Assembly (NCBI GenBank): GCA_051362555.1
Contig: CM120642.1
Span: 16,864,001-16,928,000 of the forward strand
Reading direction: 5' to 3'
Length of the DNA: 64,000 nt
DNA from: Lingula anatina
Taxonomy: Eukaryota; Animalia; Brachiopoda
Position 1 is the first letter of the stretch; every line of letters begins with the position of its first letter. A program made the translations under genes and the position numbers. Shown here piece after piece: positions 51,299-59,341 of this stretch. The notes below the pieces were generated by a model, which saw only the letters and a program-made list of their open reading frames with translations, had not been told where the DNA came from and searched no databases.

Positions 51299-53381
51299 GG
51301 TCAGTAAGTCTAATTTTGTAAACTCACAGTCAGGTCTCATGCATTGCAGGTCATGTGAAAAAGCAGGAGAAAGTGTGTCAGTATATATTGTTTGTGGTTT
51401 TAAGGAATAAATACATCATTTCTTATTGAACAAAAATCACGTATGCTACCTGTGCTATACCCATGGCACTGTTACATTGATAGTCCCCAAACTTCTCATT
51501 AGTGCTCACAGTGACCACCAGGGGTGGGTTGGCAAGATCAGGATAAGCCTGGTTGATAGCTTGCTTGAAGATATCCTGAAGGATACTGGCTATGCTCAGC
51601 ATGTTGTTGGATGATTTAGACTTCTCTGCAGCAATATTCTGTAAGGTAAATGGTAGTCATGACTGTGATAAGTGCAACACAATTAGGATGAATCAATATA
51701 TTGTCAACATCTTCTCTATAGCACTGGCATCCATAGGCAAATACAAGCAAACAGCAATGTAAAAAAATATATATATAAAATAATTTTTCAAAATTTCCCC
51801 ACAAATTAATAACAGAACAAAATGATAAAGAATACGAAAAAGTCAGCTGAATACAGGGACTACTACTGTGGACTTGACCATTACAAACATAAGAAAATTA
51901 TACCTCAATGAAAAAATCACTTATAAGCCAAAATTATTTGGGAGAAAAATATAATATGACATCAAAAATATCTACTTACTCGCTTCAAATGTACAATCTG
52001 GAACTTAAGTTTAGCATTCTCTGTCCTAAGTTTGTCCAACTCTGGTGTGACCGAGTCCTCTGTAATCAGCCTTTCTGGGTCCTTCAACCTGGCAATCTCT
52101 GACTCCAGTGATGCAATCTCTTTCTCCTGTAATGTAAATTTTCCTGTTAATAACTGGACACAAGACATGAACAATGGACCAATGACATATGATCTTATTG
52201 AAAAGTGAAGACAGGCCAGTAAAACCAGGCCCGTAGGCAATAATTTCTAAGGAGGGAGGGGGGGTCTTTTTCTGAAAAAGTGGACTTTTTATTGTGCAAC
52301 TTTTGTGAGCCTAGATCAAATTTGGCCGAGTGCAGACAAAAGGCTGGTTCATTCTAATCCTTCAAACCCCCCCCCCCCCCCCCCCTTACAGACTGACATC
52401 TTCTAACTTTGCTCAGTTACTAGTGTACACTTCTACTTTGGATCAGTATGTGTAGCTTAACCCAATAAATAAAGAATAATAAATTATTTCTGTGTAAAAG
52501 GGGGTGGGCACATGGGGGATAAGAGAGATAAGAATGAAATCTACTCCTTGAATTATCTTATTTGTATGACCAATTTTAAGCAAGTCATCAAATCAAACTT
52601 CCATGTGCTCAGTTTGACATTTAGAAATGGTATACGTATATGCAAGTAAATGTCACTCATAAAAACTGACTCAGTTTCAAAGTAATTTATCTCTTATATG
52701 GTATAAGTGTAAGGCATCCGTAGGTTTTGTGACTCTGATAAAGTGATAGAAAAAAAATATATATATATAAATATATATGTATATGTATGTATATATATAT
52801 ATATATATATTTATATTAAAAGAGTACATATCAAAATGTAAAAAATTCTACAGTAAATAATTCATACATCATTTGAAACACCTTTCATGTCATACAACCA
52901 GGTTGAATTTGATCAGCTTAAATGTCAAGAAATTCCACTAGGTTAAAAAAAATGTTTACTTTCGTTATCGATTTCTGATGCAATAGTCGGTATGAAAACA
53001 ATTAGTTTCATTTCATTATCATGTTTGCTATTGGAATGATTATTTGCACGATTAAACAACAGAAAAACATCAATATCTAATGTCTAATAGCCTAAAAATG
53101 CCAAATATTGCACAGATTTGTAATTGTCTTGCCAAACTGAACAAAATTACTCGAAAGCATTGACACTGACAACCAACAATGTAAAACATATGCGGTGCAT
53201 GGGGCATACCGGTAAGTTTATATCGTGTCACTACTTTTACCAGTGGGTGTAATAAGATCCATAGATTAATATTTAAGATCAACTACTGCTTTTATTAAAT
53301 TTACTTCATGATCACTGCTATAAATGACTGTTTTTCTGTCATATTTACCGCTTTCTCTGCACGAGCAAGAAACTCATCCAT
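15489..53381 (-). CDS. RARS1: Arginine--tRNA ligase, cytoplasmic (661 aa, 15 exons)
   Basis: Minus-strand exons: 53349-53381 ([11 protein letters not shown]), 51980-52126, 51450-51638, 49603-49692, 45509-45687, 45064-45247, 44441-44570, 43977-44081, 43558-43736, 43120-43229, 19948-20053, 17720-17833, 16839-16897, 16203-16453, 15489-15598 (TAG). Total 1986 nt, phases consistent. Motifs: [42 protein letters not shown] (HIGH), [33 protein letters not shown] (KMSKS equivalent), [12 protein letters not shown]-terminal LGIKPVGRM. Confidence 0.97.
15976..16143. mobile_element. MITE family D (CAGGCC..GGCCTG), 6-bp TSD TAAGTA
   Basis: TIRs CAGGCCCTTAGCCAG / CTGACTACAGGCCTG with internal GGGGTTC/GAACCCC motifs. 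Further copies at 31639-31823 and about 52226-52395. Confidence 0.85.
17044..17290. mobile_element. MITE family E (CAGGGGTGGATCC..ATCCGCCACTG), 5-bp TSD CAATG
   Basis: TIRs plus a perfect CAATG duplication. A related copy is at 59080-59341. Confidence 0.85.
17866..18000 (-). mobile_element. 3' end of a non-LTR retroelement (CR1/L2-type tail) with (ATT)n tail
   Basis: The minus strand reads AGAGGG...ACCCTCT (stem), then AAATAAAG, then (TTA)n. An adjacent ~62-bp tandem duplication lies at about 18003-18125. Confidence 0.55.
18207..18391. mobile_element. MITE family B copy
   Basis: GCGCATTCAGAACAG...CTGTTCTGATTGTGC, with TTA on both flanks. Confidence 0.75.
18404..18618. mobile_element. MITE family A copy
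   Basis: Colinear with 6393-6606; flanks are TTA / TCA. Confidence 0.85.
21087..23081. mobile_element. ~2 kb non-autonomous DNA transposon, family C, 5-bp TSD TTTAG
   Basis: TIRs CATGGGCGTAACTAG / CTGGTTACGCCCCTG with subterminal TGCGTACAATTTT at both ends. A shorter copy is at 41176-42119. Confidence 0.88.
24040..24214. mobile_element. MITE family B, intact, TAA TSD (PIF/Harbinger-like)
   Basis: Perfect TIR GGCCCCATTCAGAA / TTCTGAATGGGGCC between TAA trinucleotides. Confidence 0.88.
25371..25685. mobile_element. Long fold-back (palindromic) MITE related to family B
   Basis: The arms pair through most of the length, e.g. CAAATATGGCAGAC/GTCTGCCATATTTG and GGGGCCTAGCAATTAA/TTAATTGCTAGGCCCC. 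Confidence 0.8.
31527..32064. mobile_element. TIR element with a nested family-D MITE
   Basis: AAAGATTGGTATAGAGGAATCTTCTGTGACAA / TTGTCACAGAAGATTTCTCTACACCAACCTTT inverted ends. Confidence 0.7.
31639..31823. mobile_element. MITE family D copy, 5-bp TSD GAGTT
   Basis: CAGGCCTGTAGCCAG...CTGGCTACGGGCCTG, colinear with 15976-16143. Confidence 0.85.
34988..37009 (+). CDS. Orphan rhodopsin-like (class A) 7TM receptor with a very long ICL3; single-exon CDS, nested antisense in RARS1 intron 10
   Basis: 673-aa uninterrupted ORF with five hydrophobic helices, a ~350-aa polar loop, then two more helices. Class A marks: GAIAN (TM1 Asn), LSLSLVDLL (TM2 Asp), Cys at the top of TM3 and in ECL2 (YYCQF), TM4 Trp, FMLSILP (TM6), IHPHIFVY (TM7 NPxxY variant), N-terminal NIT glycosylation sequon. 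Confidence 0.85.
   Translation: MATLTQHYSITRQDINKNITTMDNGQDVLTTQQSQLLHGSSLAICLLILVSSGILGAIANLSYLRAILIDTKGLKLRYSFFLSLSLVDLLICFVWALLEAVYIIQLYMNQPILKGLCQASSIIHVLAVTVIFLSILFYIIQSLIRKCNSSSKYVQGIGLTLPWLLGISIAVYYLASPPYWENDYYCQFWLIPMTLGTWNAYMVLYIFSGIAMFIIIITLCCMLHSVNKKIKQKNWDLDNGNANIELSTHKTDTTAVSSETLRKNVQCNTSLEAAATPHVIFVRQSQLFNKEEFSDAVTMVNAKEQEEKPHSSTDTGKAVAISSCRSKQAAIGGDAGKPLPFDRKGSVKSNFSREGSGRRFTTGSITTPAEQAYVAQRYSYVRKWSIDIEALQDQLENPKIHGGNYPYKELKLSEDKHDEKITKAAFFTDMNSICEASPKKEALHRDKTRSIKRRPSRMESITEGNTNKNTFTFNKSCIETSFSTLEGACETQTTGVPGSSGKVFRKNSKKYLQNIPSVEQEMHQHKSDAIKEGTQSNPPPISQCKRKNGGEMDITALTEETNHKASEAKIWRKKQKLLGCSLIAFVFMLSILPHQIIQLARAALSQELYINLHTCTSVLIMLQAAIHPHIFVYMSYKLTDLVIKRPKRNFIFKWINCLPLKNVTDHSSNESQA
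37420..37706. mobile_element. Fold-back MITE just downstream of the GPCR stop
   Basis: AAATATGGCAGACCCTA..AAGAAGAGCTGACT..ATCCAC..ATGGTCTCCCTGCCT pairs with its reverse complement at about 37600-37660. Related to 25371-25685. Confidence 0.8.
39024..40922. mobile_element. ~1.9 kb non-autonomous DNA transposon with TA TSD (Tc1/mariner-like target)
   Basis: TA|CGGTAATGTGCCAAGCA..TCGAC / GTCGAA..TGTTTGGCATATTACCG|TA. CpG-richer than its flanks; no transposase ORF seen. Confidence 0.78.
41176..42119. mobile_element. Family C transposon, shorter copy, 5-bp TSD CACAC
   Basis: Same TIRs and left ~600 bp as 21087-23081. Confidence 0.88.
42780..43097. mobile_element. TTAA-TSD MITE (Kolobok-like termini)
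   Basis: TTAA|AGGGAAAACAACTGTTCA...TGAACAGTTGTTATCCCT|TTAA. Confidence 0.82.
44338..44400. repeat. (GT)n microsatellite
   Basis: Directly visible in RARS1 intron. Confidence 0.95.
46570..47630. mobile_element. MULE-like element, ~57-bp perfect TIRs, 10-bp TSD CTAGGCAGAT
   Basis: GGTCAGCACTAGATCATATACGGCAGCGGGACGGAAGTGAGTAATCCAACATGGCGG and its exact reverse complement ending at 47630. CTAGGCAGAT occurs at 46560-46569 and 47631-47640. Confidence 0.9.
46790..47392 (+). mobile_element. 5'-truncated LINE fragment (ORF2 C-terminal CCHC region plus 3' UTR)
   Basis: Translation [26 protein letters not shown]... has the CxxC..E.H.LL.C..Y..R pattern of non-LTR ORF2 C-termini. AATAAA near 47384. Confidence 0.7.
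49723..51096 (+). mobile_element. LTR-like remnant
   Basis: Starts TGTATATCCTTT and ends AAAGGGACATAACA (TG..CA with short inverted repeat). Internal AATAAA near 50886, followed by TGGTG (PBS-like start). The 3' part recurs inverted at about 54290-54435. No TSD found. Confidence 0.5.
51243..51299. repeat. (GA)n microsatellite
   Basis: Directly visible. Confidence 0.9.
52226..52395. mobile_element. Degenerate family D MITE, inverted
   Basis: CAGGCCCGTAG..TCTGAAAAAGTGGAC..CTAGATCAAATTT matches the reverse complement of 15976-16143. Confidence 0.65.
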
Positions 53382-53458
53382 GTTGATGTCGCGTGGAACG
53401 GAAGTGAGAGACCGCACTTGCGCAGATGGTACAAACAATGGCTGCTTCCATGCTAGAG
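53382..53458. promoter_or_regulatory. Bidirectional promoter RARS1/AKAP17A plus putative AKAP17A exon 1
   Basis: Local CpG-rich patch with an ETS-type CGGAAGTG (53399-53406), TGCGCA (NRF1-like core) and AACAATGGCTGC (YY1/TISU-like). A donor GAG|GTAAA lies at 53458/53459 and the matching acceptor TTTTTTAG ends at 53982. Confidence 0.65.
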
Positions 53459-54098
53459 GTAAAAAAAAGAAGTTTCTAACAAAACGCAGTTTATTCTTGT
53501 ATATCTAGAACCCATTCGTGAAAATAATGCTAAACAATCTTTTAAAACTAACAGTTAGTGTTAAGGTTAACATTGGCACCCGATTTTAAAGGTTTAAAAA
53601 GCGAAAATAATGAAATTATTCACAGTTCTGGGGTTCTGGGACGGCTGTCTTGATCAGCTGATGTGTGACACGAGTTTGGAGAGATTTTCTGTTTGGAAGA
53701 TTGTTAAAAGGAAGAAGCATGTGTACCCTGGGTTGGAGTGAAATTCCTCTATATTTATACAGAATAGAGACCAGTCTTTCCATGACTAACTTAAGTACGA
53801 CTACAAGACGCACTATTCAGTTATGTTCTTTTCTTTCTTTGCCATTGGCACTAGCATTCATTTCTATTTTATCTGTCTGCTGAGCACTAGATAAGCTGAA
53901 AAGATATGCATTCTTCAAACTTCAATAAAAGTATGATGATATAACGAGATTGAATATGGTGCATTGAATCTTTATTTTTTAGATTCTGTTGGTGAATAAA
54001 ACAACTTGACGCATATACACCGTCACCTTGGGACCAGTTTATAAACCCCCCCAGTCCCAGCACTGGTCATTACAGTGCACCACATAACAGTCCTCAAG

Positions 54099-57023
54099 AT
54101 GACTGCCCCAAGCATTTGTAGTGACACAACAGAAGCAGTGGACTTGTTTGAACCTCAGGGACTCTACCTCAAACCCATTGCAAGGATAAATGTCAGTGTA
54201 CAACTGCCTCAGCTTAAGTCACCAGGTGAGTGCAATCCAGATGTATTGAAACTTTTTATATGGAGTGAATGTCCTAATTAAACTTGTAGAAATTTAGTAT
54301 GCTTAATTCAACTGTGGGCCAGAAATGGGAGATTATGTGTTCGACTTTATCTTGTGCATAACGCAATCCAAGGTTCCATGGTCAGATTTATGCAAGGTTG
54401 CATAAGAAAACCCAAGTCCACATAATGACTAGTTCAACACATTATACGTCATCACTCGGTAACTACATATTCTAACTGAAGTTTCCAACCCTTACCTCTC
54501 TAAAATCATGTCCATCTTCTCAGTGCTCCAAGTGATTCCCACCAAACTGGTGTTTCTGTTGACTTTTTATATCAGTGTTGTATTAATTCACTGCTGCATA
54601 AATTTTAAGTTAGGAACCTAGATTTGCAGCCCATATCCTATAGTAGCATTTAATTTATTACTAGTAATGTTGAAGGAAGCATTGTAGTATTAGGAAGAAT
54701 TTAATATCTAGAAGTTAAACACAATAGGTCAAAGGAGATGGATACATTTCAATGTATGTTTTGTCTTCTATTTCAGGAAAGTCTATATCAAACTGGGAAG
54801 TAATGGAAAAGGTCAAAGGTATGGTTAAACCTCACCAGTTCGTCACCCTTAAGGTAGCCAAAAGCACCTTGGATTTCATTCGTTTTGAAGGAGAAACGGA
54901 AAACAAGGCCCTCATTAAAACTCTAATCGATAGACTTGATGGGAAGACTATTAAACTGGTGGGCTTCCCAGATCAACTCAAGGTCCGTGCGGCAGAGGCA
55001 AAACTGAATTTTCCGTCCAGGCATGACTGGGACTCCTTTTTCCGCGATGCCAAAAACATGAACGAAATGAAATTCGGAGAGAGACCCGACACCATTCATT
55101 TTAAGGAACTGCCATGTAGGTGGTTCGCTAATAAGAAAGACGAGAATAAAGACAAACCTAGTGAGTATATCCTCAAGAAAGTGATGGAGACTTTTGGGGA
55201 GGTCCGTTGTGTTGATATACCCATGTTGGACCCCTATCGCAGGGAAATGTCCAACAAAGCGGGCATACAGACTTTTTCCTTTGGACAGGATATCACATTT
55301 GAAGCCTTTGTGCAGTATAAGGAGTATATTGGATTTGTTAAAGCCATGACAGCCTTCAGAGGAATGAAGTTATTGTACAAAGAAGGGGATGGAAAAGCTT
55401 ACACTGCCAATTCAAAGGTGTGGTAGTTGTTCAGTTTCAGAATATGGAAATTGGCTTTTTTCTCCACACAAGTCGGTTTATGAAACAGCTCGAACTCTTT
55501 GAGTTATGATAAAATTAATTAATAAAGTATATATATATTATCAAAGCCCAACTGAAAACTGTCATAAGACATAATGAGCATGGAAAATTACTATCTTTAA
55601 AATTACATTTATTAATTTACTTTCAGATTGATTTTGACAGGACCAAACACTTAACAGACAAAAACATCAGGAAAAGAAGGATAGAAAGAGACAAGTTAGA
55701 ACAGTTAGAAAGAGAAAGAGAAGAAAAAGTTAGAAAAGAACGAGAGGAAGAAGAACGAAAAAAAGAAGAAGAAAGGTATTAGACAATTTTGTTTCACATA
55801 AGACCTCATTTTGTACATCTCATATTATTTTAACCTACTTGTTGTGGGGCGTATTTTTTTCTGAATTGAAATTTCACTGACCTTGGCTGACTATATCATG
55901 TACCTCATTTTTCTGCCCCAATATTGAATTTTTTTTTTTACTGAAGACACAAAAGGAAGAATGGATGGAAGATTTCAATTTTACATTTTGTTTAATCTCT
56001 TTTTTTTTTCTTTTTTTTTATATTGCAATTGACAGAAAAAGACTAGAAGAGGAGGAAAAAGAAAGGGAGAGAAAAAGGGAAGAAAAGCTTAGAAAGAGGG
56101 AGGAAAGATTGCAAAGTAGAGAAGAAAAGAGGCGTCTGAAAAGAGAAGAAAGACGGCGAAAAGAGGAAGAGAGGAAGATGAAGCTGAAGATTGCTCTAGA
56201 GGAAAGAAAGATCCTGATTGCTCAAAGAAAACTGGAGACCATACGCCTACTGGGGGAGCTTCTGTGCCGCGTCAAGGTATTTCAACGCCTAACGGACTGT
56301 TGGATGGCTTGTCTTGTGTGATGGCAGAGGCATCTTTTGAGACGACAATGACATCTGGTGGCAAACACTGGGACTTCTATGCTCTGAGTTGTTTGAGGAT
56401 AGATAAGTGAAAGCTTACTGGGGCCAAGCAGAAATGCTTGTAGACTCACAGTAGCCTTGACACTTCGGGATATGGTTTATCGGGTTTGAAGAAATTCAAA
56501 TTAAGATTTTTGTTTCAAATTTTGGAGTTTGTTACTAAGGCACTGATAAATGTATTTCTTAATTTCAATCGTAAAAAAATTTACCATTCCCAATTAGTGC
56601 ACAGTATTTTTTCAAATGAAAATTTTAGATATTAATCACCCCTGAGGTCTTTATTTAATGATATTGCAAAAAAAAAAAAAAAAATGAAAATGTGATATTT
56701 AATTTTTTTCTTTTTTGTGCTTACTTTCATAGGTTGTAAAGCAGCAAGAAGAGCTGAAACAAAGAGAGAAAGAACTTGAGGAAGAACAGAAGCGACGAGT
56801 GGAAGAAGAAAAGCAGGAAAAACTGAGGGCAGTGCAGAAAAAGCTAGAGTCTGAAAAACGAAAAAAAGAAAGACTTGAAAGGCAGGAAAAAGAACTGAGG
56901 GATAAAATACTAAAAAATGTTAAACTTATGGAAGAAAGGAAGCAAGAAAAAGAAAGGGAATTTTTAAGAAAGAAAGTTGCTGGTCAGACACGGTTAAAGA
57001 GTGCAGTCATCATGAAGAAATGA
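54099..57023 (+). CDS. AKAP17A: A-kinase anchor protein 17A / XE7 / SFRS17A homolog (482 aa, 5 coding exons)
   Basis: Exons 54099-54225, 54777-55417, 55627-55775, 56036-56276, 56733-57023, total 1449 nt, in phase. Sequence DTTEAVDL..GLYLKPIA..VQLPQLKSPGKSISNWEVMEKVKGMV, FPSRHDWDSFFRDAKNMNE..GERPDTIH, VDIPMLDPYR and FEAFVQYKEYIGF match the XE7 family, followed by an E/R/K-rich coiled coil. Confidence 0.93.
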
Positions 57024-57444
57024 CTGGCAGAGGTGCTGGCAGAGAGAGAAGAAATGGATAAGCAATAAGGGGTCTATTTAATTTTTTCAACCTTTCTCCA
57101 AAATCATATTTCCCTTCAATTTATGAAACATTCCTTTTTGAAAACGAGTCTTATTTGTTCAGGAAAAGTGGAATTTTTCCTTGCAAAATAACTAAGATTC
57201 TTGTGGTTTGCATTTTCCAGACATGCAGCAGTATATTACTTTTCTCAAGATACAAAGTGATACCTTTTCTTGTATTAAAGAATCCATCTCTCTGTTCTCT
57301 GTCAGTGCCAAGCTTCAGTCATTGAATGGACGTGTTTACTGGGTTACCTGACCAGACTTTGCTGTCATTTGAACAAAAATGATTACTGGAATGCTTCTTC
57401 TTACCAACATTGGATTTTTTACTGGATGAACTTAATGACTGTTT

Positions 57445-57579
57445 CAGACATGAGCTTTTTCCACGAAAACGCGGAATTCCGCATTTTTTAATGACGACCC
57501 ACGCACCCCCGGCCGGTTAGGTGTTGGGTCCCATGATAAATAATCAGAGGGTTTTTTTTTAAACCTAGGCTCATGTCTG
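57445..57579. mobile_element. 135-bp MITE in AKAP17A 3' UTR, 6-bp TSD CTGTTT
   Basis: CAGACATGAGC / GCTCATGTCTG perfect TIR. Confidence 0.85.
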
Positions 57580-58365
57580 CTGTTTTAAAGGTGTTATACT
57601 ATGTTCTTTAATTGTGAAGTCGGTCGCTCATTTCTAGACATGTCATATCATCATATCAACTTGTCCAGTTTCTGGTCTCTGAAGAAGAGGTCATTCAGTA
57701 AAGCACTGATAGGTCGTTTGATTGATTCTGATATTGACAGTAGGTCTGGCCGTTCCATGACTAAAGACCTTAGTAAGAACAGCTTTGTTCATGATGAACA
57801 TGAATATTGAAAAAAAAAATAGAGAGTCAAATAGAAAGAATACGCTGTAACCAGTGAACACAAAACTTTGTGCCAATTAAGGAAAGAGGGTCTTCACTAC
57901 TTGATGTTATAGTATTTAAAAGAACTGAGAATTACAGTCTCCATAAAGGATATCATTTCGCTATTCAAACACAATATGGTGCTTAAGAAAAGGTGTTTAG
58001 TAAATTGACAATTTTTTTTCAATACCTTTCATAGATTTTGGAAGTATTGTGAACTTTACCAAAAATCAGCTGACTTTAGTTTGTACATGGGCAATAACCC
58101 TGTATAGTGTACAGCAAAAAATTATGTGTTTAGGTATTTATAAACAGCTTGTTGATAATTTTGTGGTTTCAGGTACATGATTTGGATAAAGTAATAATGC
58201 CACCTGTTTTTCACATTATAAGTTTTGTGTCATTGGTGTTAAGGAAACAAAAACAATGAAATTGATGTTTCAGTTTACTTACGTATGTAAAGTTGAACTC
58301 GTATGGAGTAGCAAATATTCTGTTATATCTTGTAAGTAATTGTGAACTAGAACTGGATTATTTTT

Positions 58366-58371
58366 AATAAA
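58366..58371 (+). terminator. Candidate AKAP17A polyadenylation signal
   Basis: AATAAA followed by CA and a T/GT-rich downstream tract, about 1.35 kb after the stop codon. Confidence 0.45.
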
Positions 58372-59079
58372 TATGTAATGCTCACTTTGGTATTCTTGTA
58401 CATCTGGGTATCACGTAGGGCAGGTTGCACAATACAGCTCGCGAAAGAAATTGGGTCTTGAACTTTTAAATCATAATTTTGGTCTACTTAAATTTAGGAA
58501 AGACCCAAGTGCTTCACTATAGTTTGACAAACAAAAGCGCGGTCTTGAATGGGTGTTACAGCATAAGAGTAACATTTGTTAGCTTGTACTGAAGATCTAA
58601 AACAGAAAGTAGCTAATCGGTGTTCAGCTCTCCTAAATGCCCAATTGACTTTAGTCAATGTCCATCCTGCGTAAAGAAAAAAAAAAAAAACGCTGACTTT
58701 GGTTTTAACGGCTTAACAGTTGTCCGTAAAATCAAAGTGTTATAAGTGTGTTTTACAGCGTATGGGTAACAATAACTTTATAAAAATTTAAAAAAACGAA
58801 AATTAGGTGATATTCACTCTGTAACAAAATGGATGAGTGGGGAAAATTTGAGCAAAGTTTCTCTCATCCTGTGTACATCCTGGTTCCAACCCATTTCTTG
58901 TCTATTATCCGTCTGTTTGAACGTATTTATATAAAACATGTTTGTGTATTTAACGCTTGGCCACCCCATTTGTTTACTCTGAATGAACCATACCAGTGCA
59001 TCTATATGACAATGGACAGGTGAGCGCACGTTACCTGTCTTGACCAATAACTTTCTAAAAGTGTTGAGGGGGCATAGTA

Positions 59080-59341
59080 CAGGGGCGGGTCCAGGATTAT
59101 TTGAAGGGGTGTTCGGTTTTTAGGAGTGATAGGTCGGCCTAGCGTGGGGTTCGGGGCCCGCTGAAGTGCCCCGAAATTTTTTGTATTTTAGAGGGCGAAC
59201 GGTGCCATTTGGTACGGTTTGAAACTTTGATTCAGCCAAGGTGGGGGGGGGGGGGGGGGGGGGGGGGGAGGGGGGGGAGGGGGGGGGGGAAGGTCGGCTT
59301 CGCATCAGTGTCCCCTTCAAATAACCCTAGATCCGCCCCTG
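59080..59341. mobile_element. MITE family E copy
   Basis: CAGGGGCGGGTCCAGGATTATTTGAAGGGG / CCCCTTCAAATAACCCTAGATCCGCCCCTG. Confidence 0.82.

Noticed and set aside
15600-53340. Intronic snoRNA or tRNA genes in RARS1
   Set aside because: No convincing C/D, H/ACA or cloverleaf arrangement found by eye; an Infernal or tRNAscan search would be needed to exclude them.
34988-57023. Functional link between the PKA-site-rich GPCR and the neighbouring AKAP17A
   Set aside because: Proximity alone is not evidence in animal genomes, and AKAP17A is mainly a nuclear splicing factor.
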